Shown here: in pieces, positions 35,596 through 45,701 of the stretch
Layout of the letters: each line of letters opens with the position of its first letter
Numbering within the stretch: position 1 is the stretch's first letter
NCBI GenBank assembly: GCA_019117065.1
Contig: DXAK01000043.1
Coordinates: 124,671 to 188,670, forward strand
Length of the DNA: 64,000 nt
Direction of reading: 5' to 3'
DNA from: Candidatus Mediterraneibacter pullicola
GTDB taxonomy: Bacteria; Bacillota; Clostridia; Lachnospirales; Lachnospiraceae
Notes under the pieces: model-generated
Seen by the model: only the letters and a program-made list of their open reading frames with translations
Told to the model about the DNA's origin: nothing
The model's database searches: none
Position numbers and translations under genes: made by a program

Positions 35596-36930
35596 ATGCT
35601 TGTTTTAGGAAACGGAAAAGTGGTCACAAGAGATCCCTTGCACCCGTTTATTGAGGATGGCGCAGTGGCAGTGGACGGTGCGTTGATCAGCCGTATTGGA
35701 ACCACAGGAGACATCCGGGCAGCGTATCCGGACGCGGAGTACATAGACGCGAAGGGTGGATTGATTATGCCTGCGTTTATCAATGTACATGAACACATTT
35801 ACAGTTCGTTCGCAAGAGGATTGTCCATAAAGAGGTATAATCCGTCAGGATTTCTTGATATTTTGGACGGAATGTGGTGGACGATCGATCGGAATCTTAC
35901 TCTTCATGACACTTATTTGAGCGCCATGGCTACTTATATAGAATGTATTAAATGCGGTGTAACGACGATCTTTGACCACCACGCAAGTTTTGGCTCGATT
36001 GGAGGCTCCCTTTTTGAGATTGAGAAAGCAGCCAAGGAAGCTGGCGTTCGTTCCTGTCTATGTTATGAGATCTCTGACAGGGACGGCATGGACAAAGCGA
36101 GAGCTTCTGTCATGGAAAACGCGGAGTTCATCCGCCATGCGTTAAAGGACGACAGCGGTATGATCGCCGGAATGATGGGCATGCATGCTCAGTTTACTAT
36201 TTCAGATGAGACATTTGAGTTGGCAGCCGCAAACAAGCCAGCTGAAGTGGGGTATCACATCCATGTGGCGGAAGGGATTGAAGATCTTCATCACTGCCTG
36301 AAGCATTATGGGAAACGTATCGTGGACCGTCTGATGGATCACGGTATCCTTGGGGAAAAGACTCTTCTTGGACACTGTATCTATATCAATCCTCATGAAA
36401 TGAATCTGATTAAGGAGACGGATACTATGGTAGTACATAATCCGGAATCGAATATGGGTAATGCCTGTGGTTGCCCGCCGACGATGGAACTGGTACACCG
36501 GGGAATTCTCACCGGGCTTGGAACAGACGGATACACTCATGATATGATGGAATCTTTCAAGGTGGCGAACGTGCTTCACAAGCATCACCTCTGTGATCCG
36601 AACACAGCATGGGCAGAAGTGCCGCAGATGCTCTTTGAGAACAATGCAAAGATTGCCGGGAGATATTTTGAGCCGGAGCTGGGTGTCCTAAAAGAAGGCG
36701 CGGCAGGCGATGTGATCGTTGTGGCATACGATCCTCTTACTCCGATGAATGAAAACAATATTAACAGCCATCTGGTATTTGGTGTAACAGGACATGATGT
36801 TGTCACCACGGTAGCGAACGGGAAGGTGCTGATGAAGGACAGGCGTCTGACACAGATCGATGAGGCAAAAGTTATGGCGGACTGCCGGCAGGCAGCGAGA
36901 GAGTTGGCTGACAGGATCAACAGCCCCTAG
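35596..36930 (+). CDS. ssnA: SsnA-type amidohydrolase (chlorohydrolase/aminohydrolase family)
   Basis: Start refined to ATG 35596 (AAAGGAGAAG RBS). HxH motif (NVHEHIYS), HIHVAEG and GTDG metal ligands. Confidence 0.85.
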   Translation: MLVLGNGKVVTRDPLHPFIEDGAVAVDGALISRIGTTGDIRAAYPDAEYIDAKGGLIMPAFINVHEHIYSSFARGLSIKRYNPSGFLDILDGMWWTIDRNLTLHDTYLSAMATYIECIKCGVTTIFDHHASFGSIGGSLFEIEKAAKEAGVRSCLCYEISDRDGMDKARASVMENAEFIRHALKDDSGMIAGMMGMHAQFTISDETFELAAANKPAEVGYHIHVAEGIEDLHHCLKHYGKRIVDRLMDHGILGEKTLLGHCIYINPHEMNLIKETDTMVVHNPESNMGNACGCPPTMELVHRGILTGLGTDGYTHDMMESFKVANVLHKHHLCDPNTAWAEVPQMLFENNAKIAGRYFEPELGVLKEGAAGDVIVVAYDPLTPMNENNINSHLVFGVTGHDVVTTVANGKVLMKDRRLTQIDEAKVMADCRQAARELADRINSP

Positions 36931-37003
36931 CATTGTAGATCAGCAAGATTATATCAATCAAGGAAGGGACTCGGTGCACGCGTGTGCCGGGGGAGAATAA
37001 AGG

Positions 37004-38443
37004 GTGAATGCAATGAAAAATCAGACAAAAAGAGAAAATTCAGAACTGTTTAAATGGGACGGCAAACCGTCATTCGGACAGATACTTCCGCTGGCGGCAC
37101 AGCATGTACTTGCCGCAGTGGTGGGATGTGTAACTCCAGCGATTCTTGTCGCGAACGCGGCGAACAGCGCTGGCGGCAATGTGAATATGGGGCTTCTTAT
37201 TCAGGTATCCCTTGTATTCGCGGCACTTTCTACATTTTTACAGTTATACGGAGCAAAATTCCATCTTGGGAGCGGGCTCCCGGTTATCATCGGCGTGAGT
37301 TTCGCGTATGTGCCGACTATGACGGCGATTGCGGCGCAGGCGAAGGATGTGGACACGATTTTCGGAGCCATGCTCATCGGGGGTGTTGTGGCGATTATTG
37401 TGGGATTGACGATCAAGCAGATCAGAAAAGTGTTCCCTCCGCTGGTTATCGGAACAGTTATTTTCGCTATCGGACTTTCCCTGTATACGACAGCGATCAA
37501 CTACATGGCAGGTAATTCCTCAAATACTTATGAACTTGTTGTAGAGCAGCAGGGTAAGACAGAGGCGCTGGTATACGGTTCATGGCAGAACTGGCTGGTT
37601 GCTTTTGTGACTCTTGGTATTGTTGTTGCTCTCAATCATTATGGAAAAGGTTTGTTTAAGCTGGCGTCCATCCTGATTGGGCTGATTTGCGGATATCTTC
37701 TTGCGCTTTGTTTCGGAATGGTTGATTTCTCGGCGCTTTCCAGCGCGGGCTGGGTACAGATACCGACGCCGCTGGCTTTCGGCATCCGATTCGATATATC
37801 AGCGATCATACCGCTGGCGATTTTGTTCCTTGTGAATTCCATTCAGGCGATGGGAGACTTCTCTGCTACTACAAGCGGAGGTATGGACCGTCTCCCCACG
37901 GACAGCGAGTTAAACGGAGGTATCATCGGATATGGTGTCAGCAATATGTTCAGCGCCCTTTTTGGATGCCCTCCGACAGCGACTTACAGCCAAAATGTAG
38001 GTATTGTGGGATCGACAAGAGTTGTGGCGAGACGTGTGTTCAGCATGGCGGCAACAGTTCTTCTGATTGCGGGACTGATCCCCAAATTCTCCGCGCTGCT
38101 TCGGACGATTCCGCAGTGCGTGCTCGGAGGCGCAGTTGCTTCCGTGTTTGCATCCATTGCAATGACAGGTATTAAGCTGCTTACAACAGAGAAACTGACA
38201 TTTAGAAATACTACGGTAGCAGGATTATCCATTGCGATCGGCATGGGAGTATCGTTAAGTGACGGATGTCTGAACCAGATGACTCAGAGTATCCACAGTG
38301 CGCTGAATATGAGTATGAGCCTTGAGAGTTTCCAGTCCATCATCAATAATACATTCGCGTCATCTCCGGTGGTGCTGGCGACAATATTTGCGGTCATCTT
38401 GAATCTGGTTTTGCCAAAAGATAAGCCGGAGGAGAATGCTTAA
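37004..38443 (+). CDS. NCS2-family nucleobase (xanthine/uric acid) permease
   Basis: About 14 TM helices, with NCS2 signature regions (QHVLAAVVGCVTPA, SQNVGIVGSTRV). GTG 37004 has a GGGGGAG RBS (ATG 37013 is an alternative start). Confidence 0.88.
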   Translation: MNAMKNQTKRENSELFKWDGKPSFGQILPLAAQHVLAAVVGCVTPAILVANAANSAGGNVNMGLLIQVSLVFAALSTFLQLYGAKFHLGSGLPVIIGVSFAYVPTMTAIAAQAKDVDTIFGAMLIGGVVAIIVGLTIKQIRKVFPPLVIGTVIFAIGLSLYTTAINYMAGNSSNTYELVVEQQGKTEALVYGSWQNWLVAFVTLGIVVALNHYGKGLFKLASILIGLICGYLLALCFGMVDFSALSSAGWVQIPTPLAFGIRFDISAIIPLAILFLVNSIQAMGDFSATTSGGMDRLPTDSELNGGIIGYGVSNMFSALFGCPPTATYSQNVGIVGSTRVVARRVFSMAATVLLIAGLIPKFSALLRTIPQCVLGGAVASVFASIAMTGIKLLTTEKLTFRNTTVAGLSIAIGMGVSLSDGCLNQMTQSIHSALNMSMSLESFQSIINNTFASSPVVLATIFAVILNLVLPKDKPEENA

Positions 38444-38460
38444 TATTAGGAGGTAAGATA

Positions 38461-41454
38461 ATGAGTGATATTATGAGGCCCATGGCCTTTTCCCAACTTC
38501 TTGACTGGATATTGACAGAGTACAAAAAGAGGGGGACTGTGTTTGGAACACACCACCCCTATCACGCGGACCCCAAATTTGCGCGCACGATCTTTGAGCG
38601 TCCTCTTGAGACACCAGTAGGACCGGCGGCAGGCCCTCATACGCAGCTTGCCCAGAATATCGTCGCGGCGTACTATACAGGCAGCCGTTTCTTTGAACTT
38701 AAGACTGTGCAGGTCGTAGATGGCGCAGAATTGTCAGCATGCGTAAACAAACCGTGCATTAAGGCGGATGATGAGTGCTATAACTGCGAATGGTCCACAG
38801 AACTGTATGTGCCAGAAGCTATGGAAGAATACATCAAGGCATGGTTTTTGTGTAAAGTTGCCGCAAAGGAATTTGGGCTGGGCAGTATGGAGGGATTCCA
38901 GTTTAATATTAGTGTGGGATATGATCTGGCGGGCATTCAGTCTGAGAAAATTGATAATTTCTTAAATACAATGAAACACGCGCAGGATTCTAAGGTGTTT
39001 AAGTCCTGCAAAGCGTATCTTATGGAACATGCGGATCTGTTCGAGCATGTGACGAAAGAGGATATTGAGGGGATTTCCGGCGATATCTGCAATTCGGTAA
39101 CAATCTCTACTCTTCACGGATGTCCTCCGCAGGAGATTGAGAGAATTGCCATGTACCTGATCACGGAGAAAGGATTTCACACATTTATTAAATGTAACCC
39201 AACTCTTCTTGGATATGAATTTGCAAGAAAGATCATGGACTACATGGGATATGACTATGTGGCGTTCGGTGATTTCCACTTTAAGGATGATCTTCAGTGG
39301 GAGGATGCCGTTCCCATGCTGAAACGGCTGATGGCAGTCTGTGAGGAGAGAAACTTGGAGTTCGGCGTAAAGATTACGAATACATTTCCGGTGGACGTAA
39401 AGCAGAACGAGCTTCCCAGCGAGGAGATGTACATGTCAGGAAAATCACTGTATCCGCTGTCTATCTCCCTTGCAGCTAAACTTGCGAAAGAATTTGACGG
39501 GAAACTCAGAATCTCTTATTCCGGAGGCGCGGATTACCACAATATCAGAGAGATTGTGGAGGCGGGTATCTGGCCGGTTACTGTGGCGACGACGCTCTTA
39601 AAGCCGGGAGGATATGACCGTATGGCTCAGATGGCAGCCCTGCTGGAAAAAGAAAATGATGTATTTACAGGCGTCAGCGTGGAGGGAACTGCAAAACTTG
39701 CTGAAGAGGTGAGAACAAATCCGCATCATGTGAAGGCAGTGAAACCGCTTCCGTCCAGAAAGATGAAGAAACAGGTGCCATTGCTTGACTGCTTTGTAGC
39801 GCCCTGTAAAGAGGGATGCCCGATCCATCAGGATATCACGGCATATCTTCAGCGTGTAAATGCAGGGAAATACGAGGAAGCGCTGGAAGTGATTACGGAA
39901 AAGAATCCACTGCCGTTCATTACGGGAACGATCTGTTCCCATGCCTGTATGGGCAAATGCACCCGTAATTTCTACGAGGATCCGGTGCATATCCGCAGCA
40001 TGAAACTGATCGCGGCGGAGAAAGGATATGACGCGTTCATGGAGAAGTTTTCGGCTCCGGCGGTGACAAAGGCAGGTAAGACAGCGGTCATTGGCGGCGG
40101 CCCGGCAGGTATGGCAGCAGCCTATTTCCTGAGAAGAGCCGGAATGGAGGTAACTCTATTTGAGAAGAATGACGCTCTGGGAGGCGTGGTGCGCCATGTG
40201 ATTCCGGAATTCCGTATCCCGGGAAGCTCCATCGACAAAGATGCGGCGCTTCTCGAGAAAATGGGTGTGAACATCTGTCTGAATTCTGAGATCACGGAAC
40301 TCGATATGCTGAAAAACGCAGGATATACTGCTGTTATCGTAGCGGTGGGAGCTTCCGAGCCGGGCGTGCTGCGTCTGGAAAAAGGAGAGCCGGTCAATGC
40401 GCTTAAGTTCCTTACAGACTATAAGGCAAAGGATGGAGACCTTAATATCGGAAAGAACGTAGTCATTATAGGCGGAGGCAACACTGCCATGGATACCGCG
40501 AGAGCGGCGAAGCGGACAAAGGGCGTGGAGCACGCGTACCTTGTGTATAGAAGAACAAAACGCTACATGCCCGCGGACGAGGAAGAGCTTGAGATGGCAG
40601 TTGAGGACGGCGTGGAGTTCATGGAGCTCTTAGCTCCCGTGAAGCTGGAGAACGGCAGTTTGCTTTGCAAGGTTATGAGGCTAGGCGATATCGACGCGTC
40701 CGGCAGGAGAGGCGTTGTGGAGACCGGCGAAGAGAAAGAAATTCCGGCGGATACTGTGATCGCGGCAGTCGGTGAGCGGGTTCCCACAGCCTTTTATGAG
40801 GCGAATGGTATCCACGTAAATGAGAGGGGACGCGCCATTGTCAACGAAGAGACCTGTGAGACAAATCTTGCAGGAGTTTACGTGGTAGGAGACGGCCTCG
40901 GCGGACCAGCCACTGTAGTGGAAGGGATCCGTGATGGCCTGAAGGCAGCGGAGGCTGTTATCGGAGAAGCACTTGTCAAGGATATTCCGTCTGCTACAGA
41001 CGAGGAGAAGATCTATGGAAAGAGAGGAAATCTGGTGGATATGAAGGAGGGCGCAGAGGAGACAAACCGCTGTCTTGGATGCTCCGGTATCTGCGAGAAC
41101 TGCGTGGAGGTATGTCCAAATAGGGCAAATATCTCTATCCATGTTCCGGGTATGGAAAAGCACCAGATTATCCATGTAGATTACATGTGCAATGAGTGCG
41201 GCAACTGTAAGAGTTTCTGTCCGTATGAGAGCGCGCCATATCTTGACAAATTTACATTGTTTGCGGATGAAGAGGACATGAAGAACAGCAGAAACCAAGG
41301 ATTTACAGTTCTTGACAAAGACGCAGTGAAATGCAAAGTCCGTTTCTTTGGAGAAACATATGTGTGGACGAAAGGTGAGGACACAAGGATACCAGAGGGG
41401 CTGCTCAAACTGATGGAGACAGTGTGCAGGGACTATGTATATCTGTTAAAATGA
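38461..41454 (+). CDS. ygfK: YgfK-type Fe-S flavoprotein oxidoreductase (DPD-like TIM barrel plus GltD-like FAD/NAD(P) module plus ferredoxin motifs)
   Basis: 997 aa with dinucleotide folds VIGGGPAGMAAAYFL and IIGGGNTAMD. C-terminal CLGCSGICENCVEVCP and CNECGNCKSFCP clusters. Confidence 0.88.
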   Translation: MSDIMRPMAFSQLLDWILTEYKKRGTVFGTHHPYHADPKFARTIFERPLETPVGPAAGPHTQLAQNIVAAYYTGSRFFELKTVQVVDGAELSACVNKPCIKADDECYNCEWSTELYVPEAMEEYIKAWFLCKVAAKEFGLGSMEGFQFNISVGYDLAGIQSEKIDNFLNTMKHAQDSKVFKSCKAYLMEHADLFEHVTKEDIEGISGDICNSVTISTLHGCPPQEIERIAMYLITEKGFHTFIKCNPTLLGYEFARKIMDYMGYDYVAFGDFHFKDDLQWEDAVPMLKRLMAVCEERNLEFGVKITNTFPVDVKQNELPSEEMYMSGKSLYPLSISLAAKLAKEFDGKLRISYSGGADYHNIREIVEAGIWPVTVATTLLKPGGYDRMAQMAALLEKENDVFTGVSVEGTAKLAEEVRTNPHHVKAVKPLPSRKMKKQVPLLDCFVAPCKEGCPIHQDITAYLQRVNAGKYEEALEVITEKNPLPFITGTICSHACMGKCTRNFYEDPVHIRSMKLIAAEKGYDAFMEKFSAPAVTKAGKTAVIGGGPAGMAAAYFLRRAGMEVTLFEKNDALGGVVRHVIPEFRIPGSSIDKDAALLEKMGVNICLNSEITELDMLKNAGYTAVIVAVGASEPGVLRLEKGEPVNALKFLTDYKAKDGDLNIGKNVVIIGGGNTAMDTARAAKRTKGVEHAYLVYRRTKRYMPADEEELEMAVEDGVEFMELLAPVKLENGSLLCKVMRLGDIDASGRRGVVETGEEKEIPADTVIAAVGERVPTAFYEANGIHVNERGRAIVNEETCETNLAGVYVVGDGLGGPATVVEGIRDGLKAAEAVIGEALVKDIPSATDEEKIYGKRGNLVDMKEGAEETNRCLGCSGICENCVEVCPNRANISIHVPGMEKHQIIHVDYMCNECGNCKSFCPYESAPYLDKFTLFADEEDMKNSRNQGFTVLDKDAVKCKVRFFGETYVWTKGEDTRIPEGLLKLMETVCRDYVYLLK

Positions 41455-41534
41455 TACCAATTGCACAGTTCAGGAGGATCATTCGTAAAATTGCACTATG
41501 GCTGAACTGATACTACAGAAAGAAGGGGTCGTGT

Positions 41535-42902
41535 ATGAAACGGTTATTTAAAGGCGGAACAGTGATAAGCGGCGAGGGAATGAAAAAGATGGACCTTCTT
41601 GTGAAGGGAGAGAAGATTCTTGCCGTGGGCGAAGCTCTGGAATTCAAAGATGCGCAAATTGTGGATGTGAGAGGAAAACTTCTTTTTCCCGGATTCATCG
41701 ACGCACATACCCATATGGCGCTGGAAGTGAGCAACACAGTAACCGCGGATGGATTTGACACTGGAACAAAGGCTGAACTTGCCGGCGGGACGACCTGCAT
41801 CGTGGATTACGCGACCCAGTATCCGGGCGAGAGCCTAAGGCGGGGACTTGATAACTGGCATAAAAAGGCAGACGGGCGCTCCTCCTGTGATTATGCCTTT
41901 CATCTGGCGATTACGGATTGGAATGAAGGGATCAGCCGTGAGCTGGAAGAAATCGTGGCAAGGGAGACCGTGTCCTTTAAGCTCTATATGACTTATGATA
42001 CTATGGTGGACGATGAGACGATGTATGAGATCTTGTCACGGTTAAAAGAACTAGGAGGGATCGCAGGGGTACATTGTGAGAATCACGGGATCATTCAGGC
42101 GCGTCTGAAACAGTTGGAGAGGATGAAAGGAGACAGAAAAGACGTCTCTGATTATCCGTGGACCCGCCCGAAGGAGGCTGAGGCAGAGGCGGTACATCGT
42201 CTGCTCACTATTGCCAAATGCGTGGACACACCGGTTATCGTTGTACACTTAAGTACCGCGGCAGGATACCGGGAGATCTTACGTGCAAGGGAAGCAGGAC
42301 AGATCGTCTATGTGGAGACATGCCCCCAGTATCTTGTGATGGATGAAGAAAAATACTCCCTTGGCGCCGAGGAAGCAAGACGTTATATGATCGCGCCGCC
42401 TTTGCGCAAAAAGAAGAATCAGGATGTGCTCTGGCAGGCCCTGAAAGAGGGGCGGATCCAGACCATCGCTACCGATCACTGCAGTTTTACAAAAGAACAG
42501 AAAATGGCAGGAAAAGATGATTTCTCTAGGACGCCCTGCGGGATGCCGGGGGCAGAGGAACGTCCGGCGCTAATCTGGCATTTTGGCGTGAATGAAGGAA
42601 GAATCACACCAGAGCAGATGTGTACGTATCTGGCGGAGAATCCGGCGAAGCTTTATCATCTCTATCCGTGGAAGGGGGCGCTTGTGCCCGGCGCAGACGC
42701 AGATATCGTCGTCTGGAACCCAGATACAGAATGGACATTGAGCGCATCGGCGCAGCAGTCGGCATGCGATTACTGTCCCATGGAAGGAACAAAGATACGG
42801 GGCAGGGCGGAGCAGGTGTATTTAAGAGGCATACTGGCTGCGAAAAATGGAAAAATACTTGTGGAGAATGCCGGATCTTATGTAAGGCATGGCGCAGAGT
42901 AA
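41535..42902 (+). CDS. hyuA: Hydantoinase/dihydropyrimidinase-type cyclic amidohydrolase
   Basis: GFIDAHTHM (HxH), carboxylated-lysine region SFKLYMTYD, VHCEN and ATDHC motifs. Confidence 0.9.
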   Translation: MKRLFKGGTVISGEGMKKMDLLVKGEKILAVGEALEFKDAQIVDVRGKLLFPGFIDAHTHMALEVSNTVTADGFDTGTKAELAGGTTCIVDYATQYPGESLRRGLDNWHKKADGRSSCDYAFHLAITDWNEGISRELEEIVARETVSFKLYMTYDTMVDDETMYEILSRLKELGGIAGVHCENHGIIQARLKQLERMKGDRKDVSDYPWTRPKEAEAEAVHRLLTIAKCVDTPVIVVHLSTAAGYREILRAREAGQIVYVETCPQYLVMDEEKYSLGAEEARRYMIAPPLRKKKNQDVLWQALKEGRIQTIATDHCSFTKEQKMAGKDDFSRTPCGMPGAEERPALIWHFGVNEGRITPEQMCTYLAENPAKLYHLYPWKGALVPGADADIVVWNPDTEWTLSASAQQSACDYCPMEGTKIRGRAEQVYLRGILAAKNGKILVENAGSYVRHGAE

Positions 42903-42937
42903 TGATATGGAAATATAAAGAAGGAAGGTTGTGCGGG

Positions 42938-43642
42938 ATGCCGGCTCTTCTAGAAGCACTCCGAGAATATGGATCCCATTCTGTTATTTCTGTGGTGGGA
43001 GCAGGGGGCAAGACAACTTTTCTTCATCAGCTGGCGGAGGAGTACGTTCATACAGGGGGAAAAGTGATCGTGACAACAACAACACATATCATAAATGAGG
43101 AAAAAGAATATTTCCTTTTAGAGCCATCTGAGGAGAAGATTGGGAAATGTTTGGAACAGTTCCGTCAAGTGTGGGCGGGTACGCCCTCTCCCCAAGGAAA
43201 GCTGACAGGGCTTACGGATGCGGTGATGTGCAAGATCCTTAGATGGGAGATCCCTATACTTATTGAGGCGGACGGGGCGAGGCGGATGCCCATTAAAGTT
43301 CCTGCAGGACATGAGCCAGTAATACCAGAAGAGACGACGCACGTATTGTCCGTATATGGACTGGATGCGGTGGGGAAACCTTTAAAAGAAGTCTGTTTCC
43401 GTTCGGAATTGGCGTGCATGTTATTGAAAAAGAGCGATACAGACAAAGTTACGGCTGAGGATATTGCCCTTCTTGCCTCATCAGAGCATGGCGGGCGGAA
43501 AAGGTGTCCCGCAGGAGCAAGGTATACGGTTGTTTTGAACAAAGCAGATAATCAGGCGCGGATGGAGCATGCCCTTGCTATATGTAAAAAGTTGGAATCA
43601 GCTGGAATCTCAGATGTGGCGGTTACTTCCTTCGCAGGATGA
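42938..43642 (+). CDS. yqeC: YqeC-family selenium-dependent hydroxylase accessory protein
   Basis: P-loop ISVVGAGGKTTF near the N-terminus. GAAGGAAGG RBS 9 nt upstream of ATG 42938 (alternative ATG 42902 overlaps the hyuA stop as TAATG). Confidence 0.8.
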   Translation: MPALLEALREYGSHSVISVVGAGGKTTFLHQLAEEYVHTGGKVIVTTTTHIINEEKEYFLLEPSEEKIGKCLEQFRQVWAGTPSPQGKLTGLTDAVMCKILRWEIPILIEADGARRMPIKVPAGHEPVIPEETTHVLSVYGLDAVGKPLKEVCFRSELACMLLKKSDTDKVTAEDIALLASSEHGGRKRCPAGARYTVVLNKADNQARMEHALAICKKLESAGISDVAVTSFAG

Positions 43643-43682
43643 AAAACGGTTGCAAAAGGAACAGAACAGGAAGGACAGCAAT

Positions 43683-45083
43683 ATGAAGATATTGATAAAA
43701 GGCGCGGGAGATCTGGCGACAGGTATCGCTTCCCGGCTTTATGGAGCAGGGCATCAGATCCTTATGACAGAGATTGAAACACCTCTTACGGTAAGAAGGA
43801 CAGTGGCACTGTCACGGGCTGTCTACGAGAAAACGGCAAAGGTAGAAGGAATGGAGGCGTTTTTTGCGTACTTAAAAGAGGAAGCAGAACATATCCTTGA
43901 GCGCGGAGATATCGCTGTGATGGCGGATCCGGAAGCCTCCTGCCGAGGCTGGTATATGCCAGACGTGATAATCGACGCGATCCTTGCGAAAGAGAACCTT
44001 GGCACAGCCATTACGGACGCTCCCTTTGTAATCGGTGTGGGACCGGGATTTACAGCAGGAGAGGATTGTCACTGCGTCATCGAGACAAAGAGAGGACATA
44101 CGTTGGGAAATATCATCTGGAGAGGAAGTGCAATTCCCAATACGGGAGTACCCGGCAATGTGGGAGGCTATACTGTGGAGAGGCTCATACGGGCATCTGC
44201 AGACGGAAATGTGGAGCCGAAAGTACGGATCGGTGATTTGGTGGAAAAGGGTCAGGTTGTGGCAGTAACAGGCGGACAGCCGGTGTACGCACAGATGTCT
44301 GGAATTGTCAGAGGAATGCTTCAAAGCGGGGTCCCTGTAAAAGCGGGGTTAAAGATCGGTGACATTGATGCCCGGGCAGAAGTCTCTCATTGCTATACGA
44401 TATCGGATAAAGCGCGCGCTGTCGGCGGCGGAGTGCTGGAAGCCACAACAGGATTTGAGAGGATGAGCGGGCGGTACGCCATCGTTGTGCTTGCCGCGGG
44501 AGCGGGAACTCGGTTTGGAGGCAGCAAATTACACGCTTTGGTGGATGGTGTGCCTATGTACGAGAGGATGCTGCAAAAAGTTCAGGTATTTTCCGCATTT
44601 CCAGCTTTTGTTGTAACTGGGGATGAGAAGATTGCAGATGAGGCGAAAAAAAGAAGTATCACTCCAGTGTGGAACGACAGGCCGGAGGAGGGCATCAGCC
44701 TGTCTCTCAGGCTTGGGCTGGAAGCGGCGGTACAAAGCTACAGATGTGAGGAGCCTACTCCCGGCACATGGGAAAGGGGACTCAAAGGTGTGTTCTTTTC
44801 CGTATGTGACCAGCCGTGGCTTACCGTCTCTACCATGCAGCAGATCTTCCGCACGGCGTCCTTGCATCCTGGCAGCATCGTTTGTGCAGGGCGTGGGGGC
44901 AGAGGAGGGAACCCAGTGCTGTGGGACTGTAGGTATTTTTCGGAACTGCTGGAGCTGTCCGGAGATGTGGGAGGCAGGCAGCTCATGAATAAATACAGAG
45001 AGAACGTGCGGATTGAAGAAGCAGATGAGAGGGAGTTAAGCGATGTTGACCGGCAGGAAGATATGAGGCCGGTGCAGGTGTAG
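43683..45083 (+). CDS. yqeB: YqeB-family protein fused to MocA-like molybdenum cofactor cytidylyltransferase
   Basis: N-terminal MKILIKGAGDLATGIASRL... YqeB/EF2563-type Rossmann region. The C-terminal about 190 aa start YAIVVLAAGAGTRFGGSKL, the MobA/MocA NTP-transferase signature. Start refined to ATG 43683. Confidence 0.8.
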   Translation: MKILIKGAGDLATGIASRLYGAGHQILMTEIETPLTVRRTVALSRAVYEKTAKVEGMEAFFAYLKEEAEHILERGDIAVMADPEASCRGWYMPDVIIDAILAKENLGTAITDAPFVIGVGPGFTAGEDCHCVIETKRGHTLGNIIWRGSAIPNTGVPGNVGGYTVERLIRASADGNVEPKVRIGDLVEKGQVVAVTGGQPVYAQMSGIVRGMLQSGVPVKAGLKIGDIDARAEVSHCYTISDKARAVGGGVLEATTGFERMSGRYAIVVLAAGAGTRFGGSKLHALVDGVPMYERMLQKVQVFSAFPAFVVTGDEKIADEAKKRSITPVWNDRPEEGISLSLRLGLEAAVQSYRCEEPTPGTWERGLKGVFFSVCDQPWLTVSTMQQIFRTASLHPGSIVCAGRGGRGGNPVLWDCRYFSELLELSGDVGGRQLMNKYRENVRIEEADERELSDVDRQEDMRPVQV

Positions 45084-45139
45084 GTATATTGCTTTTCGCA
45101 TGCTGTGCTGAAAAAAATAGCAGGAAAAGGAGAGGGAAG

Positions 45140-45682
45140 ATGGCTCAGAAACGCAAGAAAAAAGTAGCTGTCGTACAGTGTTTAGGAGGAAGCTGTACGC
45201 AGCCGGAGCTTTCGCGGGAATCCTACGGGTCTGACTGCGCACAGGCGGTTGCAGAACACCCGGGGGGAATCTTAAAATGCAGGTGGGGATGTATCGGTCT
45301 TGGAAGCTGCGTATCCGCATGTAGGATGGACGCGGTACATATCGGAAGCCGGGGTGCGGCTGAGACAGACTGGGAGAAATGTATCGGCTGCGGGCTGTGT
45401 GTAAAAGCCTGTCCCATGCACTTGATCCGCCTGACAGAACCAGAGTACAATATTTACCTTGCTTGTGTGAATGAGGAGACGGGTGCAGAGACGAGAAACG
45501 AGTGTCAGTCGGGGTGTATCGGTTGCAGTATCTGTGAGAAGGTATGTCCCATGCAGGCGATCCGTATGGAAAACTATCATGCGGTGATCGATGAAGAGAA
45601 ATGTATTGCCTGCGGGATGTGCGCGGTCAAGTGCCCCCGGGGCGTGATACGGGATCAGAACGGGATTCTGACAGTTCAGTAA
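45140..45682 (+). CDS. RnfB-like polyferredoxin (four Cys-cluster motifs)
   Basis: CRWGCIGLGSCVSAC plus three CxxCxxCxxxCP motifs (CIGCGLCVKACP, CIGCSICEKVCP, CIACGMCAVKCP). Start refined to ATG 45140 (AAAGGAGAGGGA RBS). Confidence 0.8.
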   Translation: MAQKRKKKVAVVQCLGGSCTQPELSRESYGSDCAQAVAEHPGGILKCRWGCIGLGSCVSACRMDAVHIGSRGAAETDWEKCIGCGLCVKACPMHLIRLTEPEYNIYLACVNEETGAETRNECQSGCIGCSICEKVCPMQAIRMENYHAVIDEEKCIACGMCAVKCPRGVIRDQNGILTVQ

Positions 45683-45701
45683 AGGAAAGGCGGGAGAAGA
45701 G

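Noticed and set aside
41466-41509. Intercistronic hairpin CAGTTCAG...CTGAACTG with duplicated AATTGCAC between ygfK and hyuA
   Set aside because: Short 8-bp stem with a 28-nt loop and no U-tract. It is most simply an unremarkable intra-operon spacer structure, with nothing to distinguish it without expression data.
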